From Atractiella rhizophila (Eukaryota): 20,000 nt of DNA. Where the stretch lies: NCBI GenBank assembly GCA_021432655.1, contig MU271366.1, positions 61,979 to 81,978 of the forward strand, in the 5' to 3' direction. This document shows positions 8,200-19,499 of this stretch, piece after piece. Under the pieces are notes generated by a model. It was not told the origin of the DNA and did not search any database. It saw only the letters and a program-made list of their open reading frames with translations. Each line of letters opens with the position of its first letter. Positions within the stretch are counted from its first letter, which is position 1. A program made the translations under genes and the position numbers.

Positions 8200-11100
8200 A
8201 ATGTGCCATATTATCGTGGTCTTAACAGTCGAAGCCCCTCTCATGTTCCTGCACTGTTACCTCCACTCCCTCTGCCACTTCCACTAGTACTAGCAACACG
8301 TTCCTGATCGTCCTGGCTGCCTTTGAGTAGTCGAAGAAGCTCCAATATCCTTTTGTCGATGGAATTAAAAGTACTGACGAATACGATTCTGATAAAGGTT
8401 TAATGCCTCTCCTAGACTTTCAATTTGCAGAGGCGGAAGATTCTGGACATCTTTCACCTGACCTTTCTTCCTGCCCATTCGCAGAGAGCTAGCAAGATCG
8501 GATAGAATACTTTGCAAGAGTGCAGCGGCAATATGCATCTCGCGATAGTTGACGTCCTTGTCTTTCTTGCTCTTCATAAAGAAAGGGGAATCGACAGGTG
8601 CATTTTCAAAGAGTCGTTGCACCTTTACAAATGGGGGATGGGATGAAAGGGATGCCTATTCGAATTATTGAGGTCATGGGACTCGTTCAAAGGCATAATG
8701 ACCCACTGACCGCGTCGATTTCGTCCACGTTTGTGATCAATGACCAGGCAACCCAACGACGCAAATTGCTCTCCAACGTTGACTGTGCTGGTAGGATTTC
8801 CATGAGTTCCTGATAACAACTTGAACCGATTCCCATCACATATCGCAGAAGGGATTGACCAATCGACGCAGCCTTCGAATGGTCAGTGCCAGGGCGAATG
8901 TACCTACACGAGAACTTACTGCAGAAACCTTTGCTAACGTAAATGTAGAAAAGATGCGACAAATGGAATCGACAATTTTGTCCTTTAGGCCAATATCCTT
9001 GCCTGTTGATGGATCAAGACTGAGACGAGCGAGAAGAAAAACAAGTGCCGTTGAATCTGTCTCCCTGATTGAATGTTTATGGATAAATGAGTGCACTAAG
9101 GATACGACGCACGAGAACAGCTGATGTTCAGCAAATCGCTGCAGAACGTCTAATGTAATATGAACAGCCTTCGTACGGCATTCTTCATTCAATGAAGCGA
9201 CATCGACTTGCATATCGTCCCAGTTTGGCTTTGCTCCGAGGCTCCTGAATGTATCGAATACTTGAGAGGTAAAGTCGTATGTGTCAATCGCAGAGAAAGG
9301 AAGCGTGAGCAACAGTTCGTATGCGGCAGACAGGATGGAGGGTGGCCCAAGCGAGCTCGTAGCTAGGAAAAACCAGCATTAACCTGTTTACTCTGAACCA
9401 GAGTCAACGTACCAACATGAAATAAGAAGCTCAAAGTTTGGTCATCCAAGTGGTAAGCGTGGCTGCAAAAGGCGAGATCTACCTCCTCGTAAACCTTGTG
9501 GGAAGACAAAAGTTCTGTTGTTGCTGATGAGAATTGGCGCAGGCATTTTGGGAAAATGTACTTGACAGGTAAGTATGAACTTTGACAAGTGTCGCCGAAG
9601 CATCCTCTGGACAAGGCAGGAGGGTGAAAGCCTTTAACCAGTGAGTGAGCACGCAATTTACTACACTAACAGCCAAGCGCTTACCTCTTCCGCATTCTCC
9701 CTCCCACGCATCGGCTTCCAAAAGGTCCTCTTCTTCATCGCCACTTCCATTTCTGACTGAGCAGCACCATCCCCGTAATCCTTCTCCAATATCTTTACCA
9801 GCTCCTGTTTCTGCCCAAATTCGCTGGCCAACTTTTTCAATTCGTCTCGATGAATGTTCAGCACTGAAGGTGACGTCGGCGGTGTGGACACAGCAGGAGG
9901 GATGGATGAAGTGTCATTCTGCTTGTTGGTAATATCCAATCATTAGCACAGATCATGAACGGAAAGGGGCAACGCACATCATTCCATCCATTCTCTCTCC
10001 CCTTCGCGATAGGAGTCTTTAAAGTACTTTCCTCCAGTACAATCTTCTTCCTACCCGTGTCCTGCTTCTTTGATTCCTTCTTCAAGAGCGCGTCCAAATC
10101 CAACAGCTCCTCCTCACTTTCGCTCTCGCCCTTATCCTCTCCTCCTGTTCCTCCTCCGTCCTCGATTTCAACATCATGCTTAACCATCTCCAACGTCTTT
10201 CTCGCAAACTCCCTCGCCTTTTCCGCCGCCGTTTCGCCCGGCTCTTGATTTTTGTCGGGCTCCAAACTGGAAAGAGAAGTGAGAGAGGACGAGGCGCTCA
10301 TAGCCTCCGCAGGTAGTCTTTTCTGAGGACGGTTGACAGAACCGGAGCTCTCCACGAATAGACGGATCTTGGGGTTGGTCCCAGAAGGTGGGGGGATAAT
10401 GATTTCAAACTTCTTCCGAGGTCCGTTCGGAGGAGGCGAAGAGGAACGACGAACCGTTCTTGACGCTGGTGGTTTTGATGTAGGTGACCCATTGGTCTCT
10501 GTCGTGGGGGCATCTTTGCAGATCGCGCTGGATCCTCGAGCTTTTGGCGTGGTGGATTTCGCGGCAGAACGGAGCGAACGAGTGGCTGGAGTAGTGGGAC
10601 CTGGTACAGGTGGTTTCTTCCTCTTAACTCTCACCGGAGATGAGTCTTCCTCTCCCTCTCCCATCTCCATCGCTTCTGCCTCCACCGGCTGTCTCCTTCT
10701 CTCTTCCACCGGCGTTTCTGGCACCACAAAGCTCTTCATCTTCCTCCCCACCTCTCTCCTGCCTTCTTCCCCACTGAGTCCATCTACAGGAGTCTCTGGC
10801 ACGACAAAATCCATTCCCGCTCCATCGTCAAGCTTGCTGGCAGACCTGAGCATTCTCGTATTCAGAATCGCTTAGGATTGGATGACGGCGCGGAACTTCT
10901 TCCTCCCTGCTACCTCAGCAGATAAAGACGGTTCTAAAGTTCCTTCCGTTCTCTCCCTCCTATCCTCATCTCCAGAAATCGACCTAGACTTCTTCCTACT
11001 GACCATACTCTCGGATAACGCAAACCGCTCAGCTTCCACCTCCGCTAGCTTCCGCTTCGTCCCACCCACCGGAGTTCCAGTTCGCGTCAAAACGTTCTCC

Positions 11101-11699
11101 TTCTCCTTCCATTTGCTCATTGATGAGTTCTCTGGCTTCTTTCCATTCGAGCCCCTATTTCTAGCTGGAGCCCTATGAGGTCTTTCCACACTAGTACTTG
11201 TCTCAGCTGTTGAGGAGGCAGGGGTTGAAGCATGTACTCGTTTTGCAGTTGTCGCTTTGGAAGAGGAGGCGATCTTGGAACTAGATGGTTCAGAGGAGGA
11301 TGGCAGTTTGGAAAAATAGTCCGTTATGCTACGGGTTGGCGGTTTCGACGTTGGCTTCGACGTTCTGGTGTGAGACAACAAACAGGTAAGTCCATGGCTC
11401 ACTTGCTCGTGGCTGAAACTATGTATAGGACTTTTTTACTGCGACAATAGAGGTTTGTATTGAGTGTCAAGAGGACTATGAAGAAACCTCTTGTGGCAAT
11501 TCAAGCAAGAAATATCGCAGGACTGCCGTAAAGAAAAGTTTATCATTGAACAAAGCTGGATCTTCGTCGAATCATACCAGCTATAGAAGCATCTAGAGCT
11601 CATTGATCACAAACGGAACTTCAATGACCCGAGATGAAAGCCTTTCATACCAAGCAACCCAATACTTCTTCTGGAAGAGACCACTCACGTTTCTTTCAT
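8200..11699 (-). CDS. Large multi-exon protein with a long disordered S/K/E-rich N-terminus and a helical C-terminal domain resembling SLF2/FAM178/Nse6 (CANIN domain, SMC5/6-associated); 3' end uncertain
   Basis: A phase-consistent exon chain runs from ATG 11699 (MKET|GTGAGT) through ORFs 10872-11402, 9858-10853, 9661-9939, 9479-9721, 9363-9656, 8836-9312, 8687-8962 and 8365-8622. The C-terminal segments LVFLLARLSLDPST, LMEILPAQSTLESNLRRWVAWSLI and VNYREMHIAAALLQSILSD recall, from memory, the SLF2/Nse6-type helical domain. Gene existence is strong (~0.9); the family call is tentative. Confidence 0.55.
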
Positions 11700-11785
11700 T
11701 CTTCTGACGGAATCTCACCCCCTCGTCAAGTCCGGATAGTCTCACTCCTCCCCAATATTCGAGAAAACAGGTTTGCCCAAGATAG

Positions 11786-11916
11786 ACGCGTCTTGAAAAA
11801 TGCCAGTAGAGCAAGGTTACAATGAGTTATTGCCTTGCTTTATTTGGTGTTGCTCGGTGTTGTTTCGCGTGCTGCGCGCGTGGCATCTCGGGAAAGTCAT
11901 TTGCCTGGCCGCGAAA
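11786..11916. promoter_or_regulatory. Cluster of MCB/SCB-like (MBF/SBF) elements upstream of the minus-strand gene
   Basis: ACGCGT 11786-11791, TTTCGCGT (=ACGCGAAA) 11863-11870, CGCGT 11877-11881 and CGCGAAA 11910-11916, lying 90-220 bp upstream of ATG 11699. Confidence 0.55.
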
Positions 11917-12088
11917 ACAAGAAAGTCTATGTACTGTGGGTTGACAAGGGGTCTCACTCCGGTTAGCTCCGCTGTTCATGGTTCGAAATGTACTTGTAAA
12001 TACAACGAATCATGAAAGGGAACGAACACTACTTACTGGCTTTCTCTGCTTATGATGTCAACTCCGCCTAGTCCCGCACTGTCGGAAA

Positions 12089-15001
12089 TCAAGGCGGAAT
12101 GCCTAGCCTGATAGGATAGTTTACGGCCTCTGCTGGGTATGAAATAAAACCTCGATCCTGCGGTACTGATCCTTCCCAGATCACCAGTTCCTGGCCAGTA
12201 TCAATATTCTTGAAGGCATACAATTCATGCTTGAATGTGTAAAGCCATTTCTTCGCGAGATTCTTCAACCGCAAGCTCAAGGTCCAAAGCGTCTTTCTGT
12301 CCTTGAATCCGCTGGAATTCTCTGGGAATGTAACAACGGAATCTACTTTCAGAACATTGATACATTTAGTAATGGAGAGCAACAATTTACTCCAGCAGTT
12401 TTGATTCTATCGGGACCAGTCCGCTCGTGAGAAGGTAATAGCGAAGGTGTGTGGAGGAGGAGGCTGAGGGGCATCTTTTAGGATATGCAACGTAGAAAAG
12501 TGTGTGAAGGGACCACAGTAAGCTGGTGTTCTCTACAAATAATGGAGAAACCCTGATGACATTCTGTTGACGAAATGATCTCGCATGTGAAGGGAGCAGT
12601 CTACAATGAATTGTAACATTGGTATCGTCTATTTTGATTGGTAGTATCTAGAATTCTAGGGCAGAAGAGAACGGCTTCTTCATCTATCGTAGGCGACCTT
12701 GACAGAGATCAGAATAGAATGGGAGTGTAGAAGAATCAATTTTGCTGCAATTCAACATCAATTTGGAAGGGTCAGTGCAGACTGGAACATGTTAACTGTG
12801 TGGACGTCCTCCGTGCATTCTTTTTGGGGCAGCTGGACTGTAAGGTACGTCTTGTTACAATAAGACCAGAAAAGACTGAGGTCATCTCAAAAATGGGTAC
12901 TGAATGAAAGAACGAAGGTCTACGACCGTCCGCACAGATAGAGAAGCAGAGTTCAAGCGGTAAAACTGAGATCATGCCAGCACCAAGATTTTCTTTCGAG
13001 TATAGGCGGCTTTCCAATTCATGTCATTGGGTAACAGGGTTCTCTTCAGAATCATCAGGTCTCTTTCGAGAGTGAAAACTGGCGGAAAACACACCTTGGT
13101 TCTGAACTTCCATTTCTCGCAATATTTCTGCTGTTCTCTTGACAATGTCACCGTCTGGCAGCGCCTCTGTGCTACAGGGGTCAAGGAAAAAAGTCTTTAG
13201 ATTTTCCCAAGTCAACAGTTGGATTTTTCCACCCGGTGTCCTTGGATAGACGTAGACGCCTTCAGGAGCAATGGATATGGTCGAGTTCGCTGCAAAATAT
13301 TATCAGCAGAAGAACAACTGTTTCGGAATAGCACACCTGATTCCATTATGTTCTAAGCTATGCAAAGCTGCCGAGTGAGACAAGGTGACGCCTGCCTAGT
13401 CAGTTCTGCTTCGCTTTTGTAGTCTTTCCCATTCGGAACGTAGGGTCAGGTACCGTGCGTTCTGTTGCACCCTGCATACGAGCAGGGCTCAGGTGCCATT
13501 AAATGGAACAATGATCGCATATCATTTACATCACATCTCTACGAGGAGAACGAACGAGGAGAACGAGTCGGTCACAACATAGGGTCTCCGAATCTTAGTT
13601 TTGAATCCATCGGATCTATGCTGGAAGTGATGCACATGATGTTGCCAGCGAAACTAGTCAGGCACATAGCTTGTACGCCACTAGTCCTCTTGGGTATTAG
13701 GTGTCCCATCAACCGAATGAGCAGTCTCAAAGATGACCAAGAGACAAGGTCACCGCTTTCTTTGTCGGCGGTACTTTGAAATTATTTGCTCTTAACCGGA
13801 ATCTCCCAATAGAGCACAGGACGGAACAAACATAATTCCATGGTTGCGGAACCATTGTAGAATGGTCTTCCAACCAACAGTGACATGGCTCTGGAAGGGC
13901 ACATTGAAAGTGTCGTGTTTCAGGAAACCCGCACGCAAAGACGGAAGGTTCTTGGTGTGACCTCATTCTGCGCTCTCTGCGTGCTTCTCCATGGTGCCAG
14001 GGGCTTCGCAGCTACAGAAATCCACATCGTTGCGATGTCTGCTGGAGGGCAGAAGATTGACAAAGATTTGCCAATTTGATGCAGCTCTGGCTCATTGCCC
14101 TGATACGTTGTTGTTGGCTTGAACAAGTATTTTGTCTAATGTTGGCGTGCATGGTACATCAGAGTGAAGAGCCTTCAGGAGCACAGCACTCGGATCCCAG
14201 GAATAGGAGCTCACGATCAGTTGCTGGCTCTAAAACAGTTACAGTTTGATTGAAATTGGAACAAGTGATTCAGGCAATAAAGCAACCCATAAGACATAAC
14301 GAATGAAACGCGAGATACGTGCAAGACATGCCCGAAGGAGGATAAGGATTGAGTAAGATGCTGAGTTCACGGGACCGCGGATATCAGATTATCCTGAAAT
14401 TGCTTCTCATTGAAATCATTAATGATCAAGGTTACAACGTTCGCATGCGGTCTTCTTTGGACCATCATCGCTTACTAAGCAATCTAACCTGAGATATACC
14501 CTGATAAATGGCGTTCTTTCAGGTTATAGATGGTAGGTTCGATATAAATGGAAAAAACGTCCTTTGTTTGTGAAAAGCAGATGGCGGAGCATAGCCGCCA
14601 CAATGACATGGAAGCAGCAAATCTCCTTCCACCTGTCATAGGTTCTGCATATCGAATGACATGAGGAACAGAGATACAGCCGCGACTGTAACGCAAACAT
14701 GCCAGTCCTACCTGCAGAAATGAACTCACAAAACTTTGAGTTTGTGTTCCCACGCACTCACGACTGCCAATCTACCTCCACCCCAAGACTATCACATAAT
14801 TATATTTCTCACTTCCTTAAGCCAAACAAGCCTGCACACCTCCCCACCTAATCCAACATCAAATGTCCGTCGCATTTGCCCACGGTTAGCATTCGGACTA
14901 GAATTGCTAATCCGAACCCTCGACATCTCAGATGCGCCTGGAGTGATGCCGGATCGGTTTGACTCTTCGCATAACTTCTTATCTATTCGTCGTATCTTCA
15001 T
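12089..15001 (-). CDS. Unidentified multi-exon gene (or genes), possibly degenerate; boundaries approximate
   Basis: A series of short minus-strand ORFs (14792-15001, 14484-14757, 13920-14126, 13024-13215, 12772-13017, 12089-12385) separated by intron-like GT...YAG segments (e.g. GTGCGG...CCTTCCAG near 13930-13885). No family motif recognised. An in-frame TGA lies at 13024-13026. Confidence 0.35.
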
Positions 15002-15175
15002 GACATCGCTATATCGCTGGATTTATCGATAATCGATCATCGTTTGCAGAGCGAAGTTGATATGCGCGCGATGGCGCGGATGGACGGCAATATGTGCAGG
15101 AGGTAACCAGAGGGAGCAAAATTTTCAGCAAACAACGTTCCTCTAGGAGTATTACGAGTATCCTGTTAAGCTGAA

Positions 15176-16250
15176 ATGGTACTCGTGTTTTTCAACCAAT
15201 ACGTGAGCCTTCCTCACAGCTTGGCTTGAGCCTCAGGCCGTTCAGCCAACATATACAGCTCCAGCTCCCAGTCCCCATCTGTCCTCACAGAACATCCTTC
15301 CTTACATTCTGTTCACTCCGCCACACCTCCCCATCCACTTCCTATCCCGCTCCCTCCAAGAACGTCACTCTCTCTTGTCTTCCTCCCCCGACAATCCATT
15401 AGAATACCTCCAATGGGTCCCTTCCGAAGAGGTCGAACGGCGTCGCATTGCGTTGGAAGAGAAGGGCGTCGATGGCGTCGAGGTACCTTCTAAGTGGCAG
15501 GTTGAATGGATGGTAGATATCCATCCTGAGTTGGAAGAATTGGAAAAGACCGGCGCCAGCGTGGAGAATGGAAGGGGGAGAGCGATATGGAGCCAGGTCG
15601 TTATTTCTGCTGTTTCAGCGCCTCTTGAAGGCTCCCAATCCACCAACGGCAGAGACGATGGGATAGCGATTATTCTTTCTTGGGAAGAGGAAGAATGGAA
15701 ATACTTTGACCTGCGCCTCCCTTCCGTCTCATCACCTGAAAAAGGATATCTACAGACGAAGTCTGCACAGACTTGGTTTCCATCGTACAAAGAGGCGGTA
15801 AAAGCTGCGCAGAGCAAGGTGGACAACATGCACCGTGCGGGAAACGAAAGTGATTTTTGGGCTGGGTACGATGATGATGAAACTGAGGCTCCTAAGTTGA
15901 AGGGGAAGGAAGTCGAGGCGACGAAACAGGAAGTTGATTACTGGGCACGGTACAGCGGCGCTGGCGGTGATGAGGGTGATCCGGTGGAGGACTCCACCTT
16001 CCCAGCGGACCTGGATATACGAAATAAATTAGGAAGCTCCGAGGCAAAAAAATGGAGAGTCAGCGAGGAATCTGAAGGGGTGGATAGGGTTTTAGTCAAG
16101 GTGCAAACGGAGCATGAAGACGCGGCCGTGGAGGAGATCGCGGTGCGCTTGACGGAGATGATGGAACGGATTGGGCGGATGAGGTTTTTGAAAGGTTTGA
16201 GGAAGTTTGGGAGAGATCAAAAAATTTGGCAGGAGCTGATCGATGAGTAG
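15176..16250 (+). CDS. Conserved-looking fungal hypothetical protein (acidic, two D-[FY]-W-A-x-Y motifs)
   Basis: Open frame 15207-16250 (ILPYILFTPPHLPIHFLSRSLQERHSLLSSSPDNPLEYLQW...LSWEEEEWKY...SDFWAGY...VDYWARY). The likely first exon is ATG 15176-15202 followed by a GTGAGC donor, with phase-0 acceptors at 15245 or 15290. Confidence 0.8.
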
Positions 16251-16252
16251 GG

Positions 16253-16284
16253 TCTCAAAATGTCAAAATGTCAAACTGTCAAAG
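16253..16284. repeat. Short tandem repeat, 4 x 8 bp (TGTCAAAN)
   Basis: tctcaaaa tgtcaaaa tgtcaaac tgtcaaag immediately after the stop codon at 16250. Confidence 0.8.
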
Positions 16285-16936
16285 TGCAGAGCAAGCCCAT
16301 CGATCCACCCTGATGATCCTCCACAATTGCGTTCCCTTGATCAAAGCCAGCTGCCGTGTTCAACATTTGTGACAATAATTCGAAAAGTCGAGCAAGATAA
16401 GGCTCAAAATTGTTCTCGTGTTCAGTCAGTCAGGCATGTTTCATTCTTCTCTTGACATCATGCTGGATTTCTGCTAAAGAGCAAGATAAGCAAACAGTAT
16501 ACGCGCGGCGCCAGAGTACATGAATCATAAACTAATAACTGAGGAACAGTAAAATGATTAGTTTGGAAGGCTTTGAACACACTTTTGCCCACTGGGAGCT
16601 CGGGGCAACATGCGCGCAATCCTCTTAGGGTAACGGTGATGATAAGTTCCAGAGAGATCGTTGTGCAACAGAAGCAATTTTGAAGGACAGAGAGATGAGT
16701 ATTTCGACAAGCATTTGTATTTGGAATCACATAAATGAAATCGGCGTTATATAACCGACGCTTCTTCGACTCGAACTAGACTCATGACTATCGGATAGTG
16801 TGCTCCACTCGCGTCGTCCAAACTCACCTGCAATACTGCCACACTGGCTCCTTCTACGTTTCTGCTCCGCGCGCTCCCTCTCCGCCTCCGCCGACCATCT
16901 AGCTTCTCACCCCTCCCTGTGCCCGAACTCGGAGAC

Positions 16937-19194
16937 ATGCCACCGCGCAAGAGGCAGCAGAAGGAGATCGAGTCTGAGTCCAGCGCCAGTTCCTCGCGGA
17001 GTGCGCAGGAGGGAGCTCAAGAGTCTGCCCTGGGAAGGGGGAGAGGGCGAGGCAGGGGGATGGGTCAGAGGAGGGGAGGAGGAGCGGGTATGCAGGTCTG
17101 TCGTCTATATTTTTATTTTCGTAGTATTCCGAAGTTCGCGCCTCGATTGGAATAGAACTGGACTCATGGATATTTGGAGAATAGAGCGACATAAGGACAC
17201 ATTTCTCCAAATTCTCCCGTACCTCTAGTTCCGCCGAAGCCTCTGCTTTAGAATCACCAGTAGCCTCCACGACCGCCACCTCCAAGCTCTCACCGACCGC
17301 CGCCACTTTCCAACCCTCCCGCGGCCGTGGTTTCTCTCCCCATCTCTCCCGTGGAACGGGGAGGGGACGAGGACGTGGCTCGCACTTTCCCGCTTCACTC
17401 ACCAACAACTACAACGGAGGGAGGGGGAAAGACACCCATCCTTTCTTCCTTCCCCCTCCTAATGCTCAAGAGAAGGCTTCCTCCACGGCGGTCATACAAC
17501 GTCCTTCTCTGTGTCATCCGTTGGCACCTCAGAATGCTACTTGTTTGTGGTGGACATATGGTTTTCCGCGCATGAACTTGGGAGGTTCTTCTCCTCTTCC
17601 TTCTTCTTCGACAGATGGGAGGGAGATGGCGGATGTGAGTGTGGGGAATGGAGGCGGAGGTGCGGAGAAAGTAAAGATTGCAGCGTTCGACCTCGATGGC
17701 ACACTCATCAAGACCCAATCTGGAGGTAGCTTCGCTCAGTATGACGGGGACTGGATGTTTTGGGATCCTTGTGTAAAGGACCGGTTACGGAAACTCCACG
17801 AAGACGGGTGCGTCCCATTTCTGTTTATAATTTGCAAGAACGAAGTCTGACACGCTCTTTTTTCGCGAATTCTTATGCTAGATTCAACGTCGTCATCGTC
17901 ACCAACCAGAACCTGTCCGCGAGGAACGCAACTAAGTGGATCCCGAAAGCGAAAGCCGTGCTCCGAGCCGTAAGTCAAATCTTCCCTCTTATCTTCCATC
18001 CTGATAGCTCAATTAACACCTATACGATACCAAACAGCTCGACGTACCTCTCCACCTGCTCGCTGCCGTCACGCACGACATCTTCCGCAAACCATGCACA
18101 GGCATCTGGGACGTCTACCTCTCCTCCATCCTCTCCATTCCACCTTCTAGCGTCGACATGGACGCCAGTTTCTACGTCGGCGACGCTGCTGGAACGGTGG
18201 ATCCTCCTGATTGGGCTGATACCGATCGCAGTCAGTACCTTTCATCGGACTATAGCTTGACAGATGGATTGGTGCTGATTGGATTGGTGTGGGATAGAGT
18301 GGGCACAGAATTTGGATCTCCCCTTCTTCACGCCCGAGCAGTTTTTCCTCGACGCTCCGGCGGCTATCTACCAGTTAAAGGGCTTTAATCCTCACAATTA
18401 CACTAACAAAGGTCGGCGCCGACCCTTCTTAATCCATCTATCTTCTGTTTGCTTCCGTCTTTAGGCTCGCTGTTTGTTTGTTTGTGATGTAATTCAGCCC
18501 AGCTGATGTCGGGTTGCTTAGACGTTTATGTTTATTCTCCGCCACCGTCTACGCCCGAGATCGTGTTGTTTGTGGGACCTCCAGGATCTGGCAAGACCAC
18601 TCTGTACAACACGGTATTCAAGGAGAGAGGATACGAATGGGTTGTGCGTCCCCCTCTTGTTTCTATTTAGCGTTTGCAAGCTGAGAGGTTTTTCTTCACT
18701 GAGACTGATGGATAGAACCAAGACACGTTGAAGACAAGGAAGAAGTGTGTGGATAGAGCTAGAGAAGCACTAGAAGAGGGAAGGAGCGTCGTCATCGACA
18801 ACACGAACCGAGATCCTGTACGTCCTTCACAATCCAAACAATCATAGTTGACGTGCTAATGATGCTCCCTCGAACGCCCTATAATGTTCATGTGAACGCA
18901 TGAGCATAGGCCACCCGATCCGTCTATCTCTCCCTTCCCTCCCTCTACAAACGAATCATCCACCTAGACGTTCCCCTTCCCCTTGCCAAACATAATAATA
19001 CCCATAGACACGTGCATGAGGGAAAACAGTGGATACCGGACATCGCGTATACTACTTGGGAGAGGGACTTTGTCGTACCTACCGTTGAGGAAGGTTGGGA
19101 CAGCGTCGAGAAGGTGTTGTTTGCGCCGTTGGAGGCGGAGGGGGACGCTGCGGGAAGGTGGAGGAGGTGGACTTGGGAGGGAAAGCCGATGTGA
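16937..19194 (+). CDS. pnk1: Bifunctional polynucleotide kinase 3'-phosphatase (PNKP/Pnk1), multi-exon
   Basis: HAD phosphatase motifs [40 protein letters not shown] and FFTPEQFF. Kinase P-loop [12 protein letters not shown], plus [17 protein letters not shown] and PTVEEGW. Canonical introns connect them. ATG 16937, TGA 19192-19194. Confidence 0.96.
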
Positions 19195-19499
19195 TTTCTC
19201 ATCATGAGGTTATACATCGTTACAAGGAGACGAGGTAGATTCTAGTAGAGTTTCAATTGACGTGGTTTGGTTTGCAAGGTTGAGGTCGACTTTACACCGA
19301 CTTGGTTAGACCAACCAGCAAGTGAATTTCTGTTGCAGTGCGAGGAGAAATGTAAGCGATCTCTGAGAAGCATTCGTTTCGTGGCTTCATGCCTAAACTC
19401 TTTGAGAGAATACCGAATGAAATTTGGGAACTCCGCCTCTTCCACTACACTACAACGTCATTGAACAATTGAGCGATATGCCTCTTTGAGTTACCAGTC

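Noticed and set aside
8100..8365. Exact last exon of the SLF2-like gene
   Set aside because: Several acceptor and phase choices give different C-termini, and none can be chosen from sequence alone.
9955..11178. Long plus-strand ORFs (9955-10248, 10333-10875, 10882-11178)
   Set aside because: Antisense shadows of the low-complexity minus-strand coding exons.
11593..11814. 73-aa minus-strand ORF as the last exon of the upstream unknown gene
   Set aside because: It overlaps the likely first exon (ATG 11699, GTGAGT donor) and the MCB-like promoter of the SLF2-like gene.
15365..17718. Minus-strand ORFs 15365-15829, 16899-17408 and 17395-17718
   Set aside because: Antisense to well-supported plus-strand genes (the acidic hypothetical gene and pnk1).
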